38,423 nucleotides of DNA from a virus (taxonomy: Duplodnaviria > Caudoviricetes): positions 1 through 38,423 of the IMG/VR virus record IMGVR_UViG_3300021066_000005. One strand, 5' to 3'. This document shows positions 6,510-14,050 of this stretch, in pieces (positions within the stretch are counted from its first letter, which is position 1; each line of letters opens with the position of its first letter). The notes beneath the pieces are model-generated. The model was not told the DNA's origin. It did no database searches and saw only the letters and a program-made list of their open reading frames with translations. Position numbers and translations under genes: made by a program.

Positions 6510-7159
6510 GCGACACCAAGCAACAACACACGGCGGAACCGTGGATTTCTGTTCCACAATCCGACGGAAGTTCGATGATTGCCCGCGAGTATGAAACCGG
6601 CAAGCAGATGAATCCAAAGGGGCTGCGGCTCATCGCTCATGTTATGGCGAGGGGAAATTCGCTGGCAGAGGATGAAGCCAACGCCCGCCGCATCGTGGCC
6701 TGCGTGAATGAACTTGCTGGCGTACAGGAAGTAACAGGCTACGTGCACGTAATTGAAGAACAGCGCGATACCGCATGGAGCGAACTTCGAGAAATCCGCG
6801 CAGCAATCGCCGCAAATTCCGAGGAAGCGACAGTTGATGAAGTGCGCCGCGTCGTAGCACAGCGTGACGAGATTATGCATCTCATTGGCGTCTCAACTCT
6901 TGAAGATGCTGCCAGAGAGATTGGAAATTTGCACAAATCACTCTTGCAGCGCGACGAATTGCAGCGCGAGGTAACAGCGCTTCGTGCCGGCCTGTACGAC
7001 GCTGTGCTGCCGAAGGTGGTGGAGCAGCGCGACAAGCTGCTGGTGGCGCTAACCGGTTTGTGTGGACTCGCTGCCCTTCGACCTGGTCATCTGCATGAGT
7101 ACAAGCAAGCTGTTGCTGACGCCCGCGCAATCATCGCTGAAATCGAGGCCACCAAATGA
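6506..7159 (+). CDS. Hypothetical coiled-coil phage early protein
   Basis: Contains the EANARRIVACVN motif and QRD-repeat coiled coils common in lambdoid accessory proteins. Confidence 0.7.
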   Translation: MSDTKQQHTAEPWISVPQSDGSSMIAREYETGKQMNPKGLRLIAHVMARGNSLAEDEANARRIVACVNELAGVQEVTGYVHVIEEQRDTAWSELREIRAAIAANSEEATVDEVRRVVAQRDEIMHLIGVSTLEDAAREIGNLHKSLLQRDELQREVTALRAGLYDAVLPKVVEQRDKLLVALTGLCGLAALRPGHLHEYKQAVADARAIIAEIEATK

Positions 7160-7482
7160 GCATCACTCCTGACGACATTGCAGACGCCATGACCGACATT
7201 GAAGAGGACGAACTGGAAACGGGTCTTTGCGAAGCTGACTGCTTCCACACCAACCTTGCTAACGCCATTGTGCGGCTAACTGTCATTGGCGCTGATCTGG
7301 ATGAGGAGGAGTTCTATGAATCGCTCACATCGCTGCGGCCCTATCTGCTGGACTGTGCCGAAACCGTTCGCAAGGAAATGGATAGCGCAGCACGGCGTAT
7401 CGCACAAGAGAAGTATGACGCTAGACGCTTCTCGGCTCCGATGGCGGATGACGATGACTACTACTTGAGGATGACAGCATGA
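7156..7482 (+). CDS. Highly acidic hypothetical protein
   Basis: About 27 D/E versus about 10 K/R in 108 aa; translationally coupled to neighbours. Confidence 0.7.
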   Translation: MSITPDDIADAMTDIEEDELETGLCEADCFHTNLANAIVRLTVIGADLDEEEFYESLTSLRPYLLDCAETVRKEMDSAARRIAQEKYDARRFSAPMADDDDYYLRMTA

Positions 7483-7637
7483 GCCTACATCACCTAAAGA
7501 CCATAGCACGCAAAGGTATGGAGCTATACGCAAACAAACACATGCGTAAACAGTGGATAAGAAAGCATGCGTATCTGATGGAGTCAGGGCGGCATGTAGC
7601 GTTAAACGGGAAATACCCCGAACCGATTGTTCATTAG
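7479..7637 (+). CDS. Small basic hypothetical protein, 52 aa
   Basis: My translation: MSLHHLKTIARKGMELYANKHMRKQWIRKHAYLMESGRHVALNGKYPEPIVH; ATGA overlap. Confidence 0.55.
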   Translation: MSLHHLKTIARKGMELYANKHMRKQWIRKHAYLMESGRHVALNGKYPEPIVH

Positions 7638-7677
7638 ATTCCGGCTACGTTTAGGCCGGTTGCAGAAAGGAGAAATT

Positions 7678-8226
7678 GTGGAACGCGAATTTATCGAATT
7701 TCCGAAGATGGCGCGGCTTTCCCGTGAGGTGATTATCACTGAAAAGATCGACGGCACGAACGCTCAGATTTGCATTACGCCTGATGGCGATTTCCTCGTC
7801 GGCAGTCGTACGCGTTGGATAACGCCTAGCGATGACAATTTCGGATTTGCGGCTTGGGCTTATGAGCGCAAGGACGAACTTATGCAGCTTGGCGAAGGAT
7901 CGCACTTTGGCGAATGGTGGGGCGCTGGTATTCAGCGTAAATATGACATGCAAGAGAAACGTTTCAGCCTGTTCAACGTTGACCGTTGGGGAGACTCCTC
8001 TGTTCGCCCTGCTTGTTGCCATGCTGTGCCTGTTCTTGCCCGTGGCATGTTCGATACAAGGCTGATTGATTCAGCCCTGAGAAACCTAGTTGATAACGGC
8101 TCAATGGCTGCGCCAGGTTTTATGAAGCCGGAAGGGATCGTTGTTTATCACGTTGCTGGCCGCATCGGATTCAAAAAGACCATTGAGAAAGACGAATTGC
8201 CGAAGGCGCTAGCAAGGGCTGCTTAA
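7678..8226 (+). CDS. RNA ligase family protein (Rnl2-like adenylyltransferase domain)
   Basis: GTG start with AAAGGAG SD; nucleotidyltransferase motifs TEKIDGTN (I), FGEW (III), FSLF (IIIa), EGIV (IV) and a terminal KK (V). Confidence 0.8.
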   Translation: MEREFIEFPKMARLSREVIITEKIDGTNAQICITPDGDFLVGSRTRWITPSDDNFGFAAWAYERKDELMQLGEGSHFGEWWGAGIQRKYDMQEKRFSLFNVDRWGDSSVRPACCHAVPVLARGMFDTRLIDSALRNLVDNGSMAAPGFMKPEGIVVYHVAGRIGFKKTIEKDELPKALARAA

Positions 8227-8280
8227 CCATGACCTGGCAGCAGTTTTTCGAGACAGTACAACGCGAAGAGGAGTGGATAG

Positions 8281-8862
8281 ATGAGCGTACACGCAAAGCT
8301 GATGGAAGCCAGAATCAGGCTCCAAAAGTCGGAGTTGAAAAAGACGGGCGAAAACAAGTTCGCCGGATACAAGTATTTCGAGCTAGGCGACTTCCTGCCG
8401 GTCGTGCAGCAAATCTTCGCTGACCTCCAGTTGTGCGGCCTTGTCTCTTACGGTACGGATGTAGCCACGCTGACGATTACGGACATTGAGGATGACAGAA
8501 GCATTGCGATTACCTCCCCCATGTCCAGCGCTGCCCTCAAGGGCTGCCATGAGGTGCAGAACCTAGGGGCGGTACAGACCTACATCCGGCGCTATCTGTG
8601 GGTGGCGGCAATGGAGATTGTCGAGCACGACGCGCTGGACGCAACTACAGGCAAGGAGGCGCCAGCAAAGCAAGTGCCATCAATGACGCCGGAGCAGATT
8701 TACACCCAACTGAACAACGCAGCCAAGCGCGGAACGGATGCCCTCAATAAGGCCATCAAGGGAACCAAGCAGGAATATCTCGCCCTGCTGACGCAAGAGC
8801 AAAAGACTGCCCTGCGCCAAGCCGCCACCATGCAAGACGAAGCGATTGCGACACAAGCATGA
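8281..8862 (+). CDS. erf: ERF-family single-strand annealing protein
   Basis: KKTGENKFAGYKYFELGDFL and QNLGAVQTYIRRYLW motifs. Confidence 0.85.
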   Translation: MSVHAKLMEARIRLQKSELKKTGENKFAGYKYFELGDFLPVVQQIFADLQLCGLVSYGTDVATLTITDIEDDRSIAITSPMSSAALKGCHEVQNLGAVQTYIRRYLWVAAMEIVEHDALDATTGKEAPAKQVPSMTPEQIYTQLNNAAKRGTDALNKAIKGTKQEYLALLTQEQKTALRQAATMQDEAIATQA

Positions 8863-9476
8863 AGATTATCGACTTCCCGCAAGGCTCTGTTGAATGGCTT
8901 AAGTCTCGTGCTGGCTTGGTGACAGCTTCCCGTGTTGCCGATGTTGTCGCCAAGGTTAAATCCGGCGAAGCCGCAGGACGGGTCAACTACCGCGCCCAAA
9001 TTGTTGCTGAACGCCTGTCAGGTCAACCGCAGGATTCCTACAGTAACGCCGCCATGCAATGGGGCATTGATACAGAGCCACTTGCCAGGGCCGCATACGA
9101 GGCCCGTACAGGCGCTTTCGTGGACCAGGTCGGATTGGTACTGCATCCATCGATTGAGTGGTCTGGCGCGTCCCCTGATGGCTTGGCTGGAGATGGTTTG
9201 ATCGAGATTAAATGCCCCAACACGGCAACGCATATCGACTACCTGCTCACCAAGGAGCCTCCTGCCAAGTATCGCCCGCAGATGGCATGGCAATGTGCCT
9301 GCACAGAACGTGAATGGGTGGACTTTGTGAGCTTCGACCCTCGCCTTCCTGAGAAGCATCAAATCATGGTTGTGCGATATACCCCCGAGAAGTCATACAT
9401 CCAAGAACTAGAGGGCGAGGTTAAGCGGTTCCTCGATGAAGTAAACGAACTATTAATCAAGTTGGAGGCAGCATGA
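8859..9476 (+). CDS. YqaJ/lambda-exonuclease family recombination nuclease
   Basis: QGSVEWLKSRAGLVTAS, GASPDG, IEIKCP and Y-PQ motifs. Confidence 0.92.
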   Translation: MKIIDFPQGSVEWLKSRAGLVTASRVADVVAKVKSGEAAGRVNYRAQIVAERLSGQPQDSYSNAAMQWGIDTEPLARAAYEARTGAFVDQVGLVLHPSIEWSGASPDGLAGDGLIEIKCPNTATHIDYLLTKEPPAKYRPQMAWQCACTEREWVDFVSFDPRLPEKHQIMVVRYTPEKSYIQELEGEVKRFLDEVNELLIKLEAA

Positions 9477-9871
9477 ACGTATTCACCTTTAGCGGCAACC
9501 TTGGCCGCGATGCGGAAACACGATTTACCGCTGGCGGCGACCCCATTACCGGCTTTAGCGTTGCTGTCCGTAGTGGCTACGGCAAGAGCGAGGCTACCAC
9601 CTGGATCAACTGCAACTACTGGGGAAAGCGTGGCGAGTCTGTAGCGCCCTACCTCAAGAAAGGTACGCAGGTTGTGGTGAGCGGTGAATTCACCCTGCGC
9701 AAATGGACGAACAAGGAAGGCCAAGAGAAGGAAAGCCCAGATGTGAACGTCCGCGAGTTGACGCTCGTAGGGAGCAGGCCAAGCGAGACCTCTGCAAGTA
9801 GTGAGCCGCAGCCGCGAACGAATGAACAACATGGCGGTTTTGATGATTTAGAGAGCGATATTCCGTTCTAG
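9473..9871 (+). CDS. ssb: Single-stranded DNA-binding protein
   Basis: GNLGRDAETRFT OB-fold start and acidic DDLESDIPF tail. Confidence 0.95.
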   Translation: MNVFTFSGNLGRDAETRFTAGGDPITGFSVAVRSGYGKSEATTWINCNYWGKRGESVAPYLKKGTQVVVSGEFTLRKWTNKEGQEKESPDVNVRELTLVGSRPSETSASSEPQPRTNEQHGGFDDLESDIPF

Positions 9872-9980
9872 ATTTCCCCGCGCATCCATCACCACCCTAA
9901 CCAGAAAGGAGAGCTAACGTGACTACAAATGACCCGATGGATGCGCACCCTATTCCTCTGAATCAATCAAGGAGAATCGC

Positions 9981-10319
9981 ATGATTCTGATATTGGCATC
10001 AATCTTACTGACAGCCCTCATTTCATGGCTTCTTCTTTGGTATAGCGAAAAAGGTTATGAGGGTATGAATACGTTTTGTGGAGTTTTTGGCGTCTTCATA
10101 GGGGTATTAGCAGCAATTGGCGCAATTATATATTCGTCTGCAATATTTGGATGGATAGCGGCAGATCACAAAGCGCAAATCATTAACCGTGAATTCGGAA
10201 CTAAATACACACAAGCTGAAGTGTTTTTTGCAAGCGATGTGATTGACGAAGTTCGCCAGCTTGATCGCAAGCGTTACGAAATAAATGGCGACATTGCGCG
10301 TGACGAGGAGACGCGATGA
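9981..10319 (+). CDS. Two-TM membrane protein
   Basis: Two hydrophobic segments; AAGGAG SD; AT-richer than the flanking genes. Confidence 0.7.
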   Translation: MILILASILLTALISWLLLWYSEKGYEGMNTFCGVFGVFIGVLAAIGAIIYSSAIFGWIAADHKAQIINREFGTKYTQAEVFFASDVIDEVRQLDRKRYEINGDIARDEETR

Positions 10320-11344
10320 ATACAACGAATGCGATGCGGGAGGCGTTTGAGGCGTGGGCGGATACGCAACCGTTTAGGGATGCGAGCGCAACAATTCATG
10401 AATGGATGTATCGCGCATACTGTGCAGCCCTCTCCCATCAACCGGCAGCGGAGGGGTGGAATCCTAGGGGAGTTGGCCCGTTCAGCTCGATGGACGAGCT
10501 CTTATCAGCCGCCCCAACCCCGCCGCAGGGGCAGCCGGAAGCACGGCACGCCAGTGATTGTTCTGTGCATAACATGCCAGCATACCCAAATGGACCTTGC
10601 GATTGCGGAGTGGAGCAGCCGGAAGCCGTGGAGCAGTGCGGCGTAGTATCCGAATCGGTCTTTGTGCGAGAGAGCATGGACTGCGGAATAGGTAACAGCG
10701 AGTACGCTGAATACTATCGAAACACAGTCATCACTGACCGAGAATTACCAACCGGCACCAAGCTCTACACCCTCTCTCCCACCGCAATCCAAGTGCTGCG
10801 TATGGCGGCGGATGTGTGTGCGAAAGAAGCTGAAGTTAACAAGAAGATCAGGGACAGCTATCCGAATGATCGTGATACTTACAAGTTTTTTGACGGTGGA
10901 ATTACTGCCTGCCAAGAAATGGAAGAAGCCATCCTCGCCCTCATTCCTCCCGCCGAAGTCGAATTCACAGACGAGCAGCTTGCTATGTTCAATGATAATG
11001 CGGAGCGCTATGGACTAACGACCGAAGTCGATCAGCGAAAGCTGGGGTTTGCGGAAGGCGTGAAGGCGGTATTGGCAATTGGGGACAAGTCCGAAGACTG
11101 GCGCGGGAAAATTCACTGGTCTTTCTTACGCCATGATGCGCTCAAGCTCACCCCACCCACCGACACAGATGCAGGTCATGCCGACCTTGTGACGATGACG
11201 AGGGATACAGTGCTAGAGATTGCACAGTCTGCGTGCCTGGCGGGCGCGCGTGAGGCACAGGACGAATGCCTTGGCCGTGAAGATATTCGCCGTGCTGACA
11301 TTCACGCCATCGTCGCCCAGCACATGCCGAAGGAGGGGAAATGA
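10316..11344 (+). CDS. Mosaic hypothetical early protein (Ea-region type)
   Basis: 342 aa concatenation of short modules (REAFEAW, AAPTPP, HASDCSVHN...PCDC, GTKLYT). Confidence 0.65.
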   Translation: MNTTNAMREAFEAWADTQPFRDASATIHEWMYRAYCAALSHQPAAEGWNPRGVGPFSSMDELLSAAPTPPQGQPEARHASDCSVHNMPAYPNGPCDCGVEQPEAVEQCGVVSESVFVRESMDCGIGNSEYAEYYRNTVITDRELPTGTKLYTLSPTAIQVLRMAADVCAKEAEVNKKIRDSYPNDRDTYKFFDGGITACQEMEEAILALIPPAEVEFTDEQLAMFNDNAERYGLTTEVDQRKLGFAEGVKAVLAIGDKSEDWRGKIHWSFLRHDALKLTPPTDTDAGHADLVTMTRDTVLEIAQSACLAGAREAQDECLGREDIRRADIHAIVAQHMPKEGK

Positions 11345-11589
11345 GCGAACTTGATAAGGAATTTGAGCAGGCCGCAGAACGTTTTCACGCGGCAGTGCTG
11401 GACATGCTGAATAACGATTACCCGGCAGCACTGAGTATCGTCACCGGAACATTTGTCAGCCTGACACTCGAAATAATGCGCCGAAACGGCCACGACACGG
11501 ATCAAAAGATTCTCATTGATGGCGGCAATAATCGGGACATTACGATCCATGCGCTGAAGTCCGCCGAGCCGAGCGGCGGGGAGGGATGA
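11341..11589 (+). CDS. Hypothetical protein
   Basis: 82 aa; GGAGGG SD; ATGA coupling. Confidence 0.65.
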   Translation: MSELDKEFEQAAERFHAAVLDMLNNDYPAALSIVTGTFVSLTLEIMRRNGHDTDQKILIDGGNNRDITIHALKSAEPSGGEG

Positions 11590-11765
11590 TGAGAGACTGC
11601 CACGATTGCCGTTATCACCTTCCGAATGAGCGTAGCCCATATTGCCGATGCTTGCTTACCTATGGTGAGGGAGTGACTTTGGAGAGGCTGAAATCTGGCC
11701 TGATAGGGCAATGCGACGATTGGAAACCATTCGCCGCCACCACTACAGATGAATCGGAAGGATAG
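11586..11765 (+). CDS. Small Cys-rich protein, 59 aa
   Basis: My translation: MMRDCHDCRYHLPNERSPYCRCLL...GQCDDWKPF...; fills the gap between coupled genes. Confidence 0.55.
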   Translation: MMRDCHDCRYHLPNERSPYCRCLLTYGEGVTLERLKSGLIGQCDDWKPFAATTTDESEG

Positions 11766-11767
11766 AG

Positions 11768-11965
11768 ATGGACATGCGTGCCATTACAGCCAGCGAATAC
11801 GAGACTCTTAGCCCGCGCGACAAAGGATACGCCTGCTACATGCAAGCTGCGTGGAACAAGGCGGTCAAGGACGAGAACCCCTATCCAAAGGGTAGCGAGG
11901 AGTGGGTGCAATTTCGTGAAGGCGAACAAGTTGCGGTTATCGACTGCATAGATTTGGAGGAATGA
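11768..11965 (+). CDS. Small protein resembling the Rmf/CrpP family
   Basis: KGY-x(15)-NPY-x(6)-W-x(5)-G pattern resembles the Rmf RGY...CPY...W..GW signature. Confidence 0.45.
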   Translation: MDMRAITASEYETLSPRDKGYACYMQAAWNKAVKDENPYPKGSEEWVQFREGEQVAVIDCIDLEE

Positions 11966-12192
11966 TGTCTTTATGGATTGAACTTCATTGCGAAAAGCAG
12001 ACGCAAATAGGTTGCCTGTCGAACAACCATGGCGGCCCGATGGCTCTTTCCGGTGATAGCCGCTCAGAGGCGGCGGCAACAATCGCACGTCTAGAAGGAG
12101 ACGCCAAAGAGAATGGCTGGAGTCGTTCGCCTGATGGTTGGGTATGCCCGGCTTGCGCCGCAACAACAGTGAAAATTGAAGGATCGAAATGA
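11962..12192 (+). CDS. Small Zn-finger protein
   Basis: C-x7-C ... GW...WVCPAC. Confidence 0.6.
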   Translation: MMSLWIELHCEKQTQIGCLSNNHGGPMALSGDSRSEAAATIARLEGDAKENGWSRSPDGWVCPACAATTVKIEGSK

Positions 12193-12581
12193 AAGCAGAA
12201 ATCTACCCGCGAGACACGCCGCGCACAAATGCGCACGAGGAATCCTGCGGCGACTACGAGAAGCCACACGCTTACGCACGGCGGACTGCGAACTTTGCCC
12301 GCTCCTTGGAACGCGAGCTCACCGCCCTACAGGCGAAGCTGGAAGCTGCGGAGAAGGAAATACGAGACACTCGCAGAGCATGGCTAGGTAGAGATTACGG
12401 GCATTTATCCTTGCCCGATGCTGTAGGCAAGCTGCGAGAGAATATGGAGGCGGCAGCGGAGAAGGATGCGGCGAGGTATAAGGCTGTGCGGGAAGACGCA
12501 GTATTGTCCGGCGACTATTTAAGTATGAGGGATTTCGACTTTATGGCCGACGACCTCCTCGCACAAAACGGGAAGGAGTAG
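12189..12581 (+). CDS. Hypothetical coiled-coil protein
   Basis: TPRT...FARSLEREL and EKDAARY motifs common in phage Ea-region proteins. Confidence 0.65.
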   Translation: MKAEIYPRDTPRTNAHEESCGDYEKPHAYARRTANFARSLERELTALQAKLEAAEKEIRDTRRAWLGRDYGHLSLPDAVGKLRENMEAAAEKDAARYKAVREDAVLSGDYLSMRDFDFMADDLLAQNGKE

Positions 12582-12584
12582 GGA

Positions 12585-12710
12585 ATGGAAAAGGCAAAGA
12601 TTTACAGGGAGACAAATAAAGCAAGGATTGCCGCTTACAAGAAATGGTACAAGGCGATGAAAAAGGCTCAACGAACCGCCCTACCACTCCCCAAGGCGAT
12701 GCATAAATAA
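12585..12710 (+). CDS. Small very basic protein, 41 aa
   Basis: MEKAKIYRETNKARIAAYKKWYKAMKKAQRTALPLPKAMHK; its stop overlaps the NADAR start. Confidence 0.4.
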   Translation: MEKAKIYRETNKARIAAYKKWYKAMKKAQRTALPLPKAMHK

Positions 12711-13270
12711 TGCTCATACGATCACAGCAAGTTCAAGCAATGTGCGGACAGGAGGATAAAGTGGAACTACACGGTTTAGACACGGAAGAAATGGTGTGCT
12801 TTTACGAGCAGGACTTCTATGTGCTCAGCAATTTTTCTAGCTTCCAGGTTGAGATATGGGGACATCTGTTCCCGACCTCAGAGCATGCCTATCACTGGGC
12901 AAAGTTCATCGGGACAGAGCCTGAAGTGCAGGACATGATTCTTGAGGCTAGATCAGCACATGACGCCTTCAAGATTGCCAATTCACAAAAGATGTTCCGC
13001 CGTTCCAATTGGGATGAAATTAAGGCTGACGTCATGCGAGAAGTTCTTATGGCAAAGGTGCAGCAGCATGAATATGTACGCCGCAAATTGCTTGCCACTG
13101 GAGACCGCCTCTTGGTTGAGAACTCATGGCGTGATGATGTTTGGGGATGGGGACCGAATAAGGATGGGCAGAACCTTCTCGGGAAAATTTGGATGGCTAT
13201 ACGGGGCGACCTCCAAGCATCCAGTCCGCAACCCAGCCTGACCGAGACGGAATCTGATGAACATGAATAG
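12710..13270 (+). CDS. NADAR-family (YbiA-like) ADP-ribosylhydrolase
   Basis: LSNF, FPTSEHAYHWAKF, W-EIK--VM---L-AK-QQH, LLATGD--LVE-S--D--WG and GQNLLGKIWM motifs. Confidence 0.9.
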   Translation: MLIRSQQVQAMCGQEDKVELHGLDTEEMVCFYEQDFYVLSNFSSFQVEIWGHLFPTSEHAYHWAKFIGTEPEVQDMILEARSAHDAFKIANSQKMFRRSNWDEIKADVMREVLMAKVQQHEYVRRKLLATGDRLLVENSWRDDVWGWGPNKDGQNLLGKIWMAIRGDLQASSPQPSLTETESDEHE

Positions 13271-13442
13271 GCATTGGTTTTACGTCAAGCAAGGCGGAAT
13301 TACAGTCGCTAGCGGGAATGCTGCGACCCGAGAAGAAGCAGAGCGAGAGGCATTCCACTATGCGCTGATCTACGGTCAAGATGGACCGGTTAAGGTCAGT
13401 TTCCGCAGCGCTGGGCAATCTGATGAACAAAAGGAGGGGTGA
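13257..13442 (+). CDS. Hypothetical protein
   Basis: 61 aa ORF overlapping the NADAR stop. Confidence 0.55.
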   Translation: MNMNRHWFYVKQGGITVASGNAATREEAEREAFHYALIYGQDGPVKVSFRSAGQSDEQKEG

Positions 13443-13534
13443 TGTTTATAGAAGCTCTTATGATTAGCTTGGCAATTTATTGGGGCCTTTGCACATTAGC
13501 CTATGCCATCCGCAACATGGGCAAAGAGGGATAG
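13442..13534 (+). CDS. Small membrane peptide, 30 aa
   Basis: MFIEALMISLAIYWGLCTLAYAIRNMGKEG; AAGGAGG SD; TGATG coupling. Confidence 0.5.
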   Translation: MFIEALMISLAIYWGLCTLAYAIRNMGKEG

Positions 13535-13720
13535 ATGATGATCGAAGATATTAGGTGGGTATGGCATGACGTGCGAAAAGGAAGGCCACCTGTGGGCGCA
13601 ATACGTATCGATGATTTGTTGTATCAAGTGCTACAGGTACGCATTCAAGGAGAGTGGTGCACGGTTCCGCATTGTGGGGTACAACTGCCGAACCTCCCCA
13701 ATCCTAGTACAGAGGGATAG
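13535..13720 (+). CDS. Hypothetical protein
   Basis: 61 aa; GAGGG SD; abuts xis. Confidence 0.55.
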   Translation: MMIEDIRWVWHDVRKGRPPVGAIRIDDLLYQVLQVRIQGEWCTVPHCGVQLPNLPNPSTEG

Positions 13721-14050
13721 ATGCACACACTAAATTTAGAGGAAGCTGCTGAGTTTCTAAAGTGCAGCGATGACACTATCAGGGAACTAGCCGCAGCAGG
13801 AGAATTGCCAGCGGCAAAGGTTGGCCGTGCCTGGGTGTTCGTTGACGTTGACCTGGTGGATTGGTTAAGGACAAAATACAACGCATGTCGCTCTACAAAG
13901 ACGGAAAATATTGGTACTACTCACTCCTTAATGCAGAAGGTATCAGGGAGCGGAAAAGCACACACTGCACAGATAAACGGGAAGCGCAAAAAGTCCACGA
14001 CGACCTTAGACACATTTACAAACAAGGAAAGTCTGGCGGATTTACTCTAG
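13721..14050 (+). CDS. xis: Excisionase (HTH_17)
   Basis: LNLEEAAEFLKCSDDTIRELAAAGELPAAKVGRAWVF; lies upstream of and overlaps int. Confidence 0.8.
   Translation: MHTLNLEEAAEFLKCSDDTIRELAAAGELPAAKVGRAWVFVDVDLVDWLRTKYNACRSTKTENIGTTHSLMQKVSGSGKAHTAQINGKRKKSTTTLDTFTNKESLADLL

Noticed and set aside
12585-12710. Basic 41-aa ORF as the missing N antiterminator
   Set aside because: It is Lys-rich rather than Arg-rich, lies far downstream in the operon, and looks more like the helical N-terminal remnant of an HNH-type gene.
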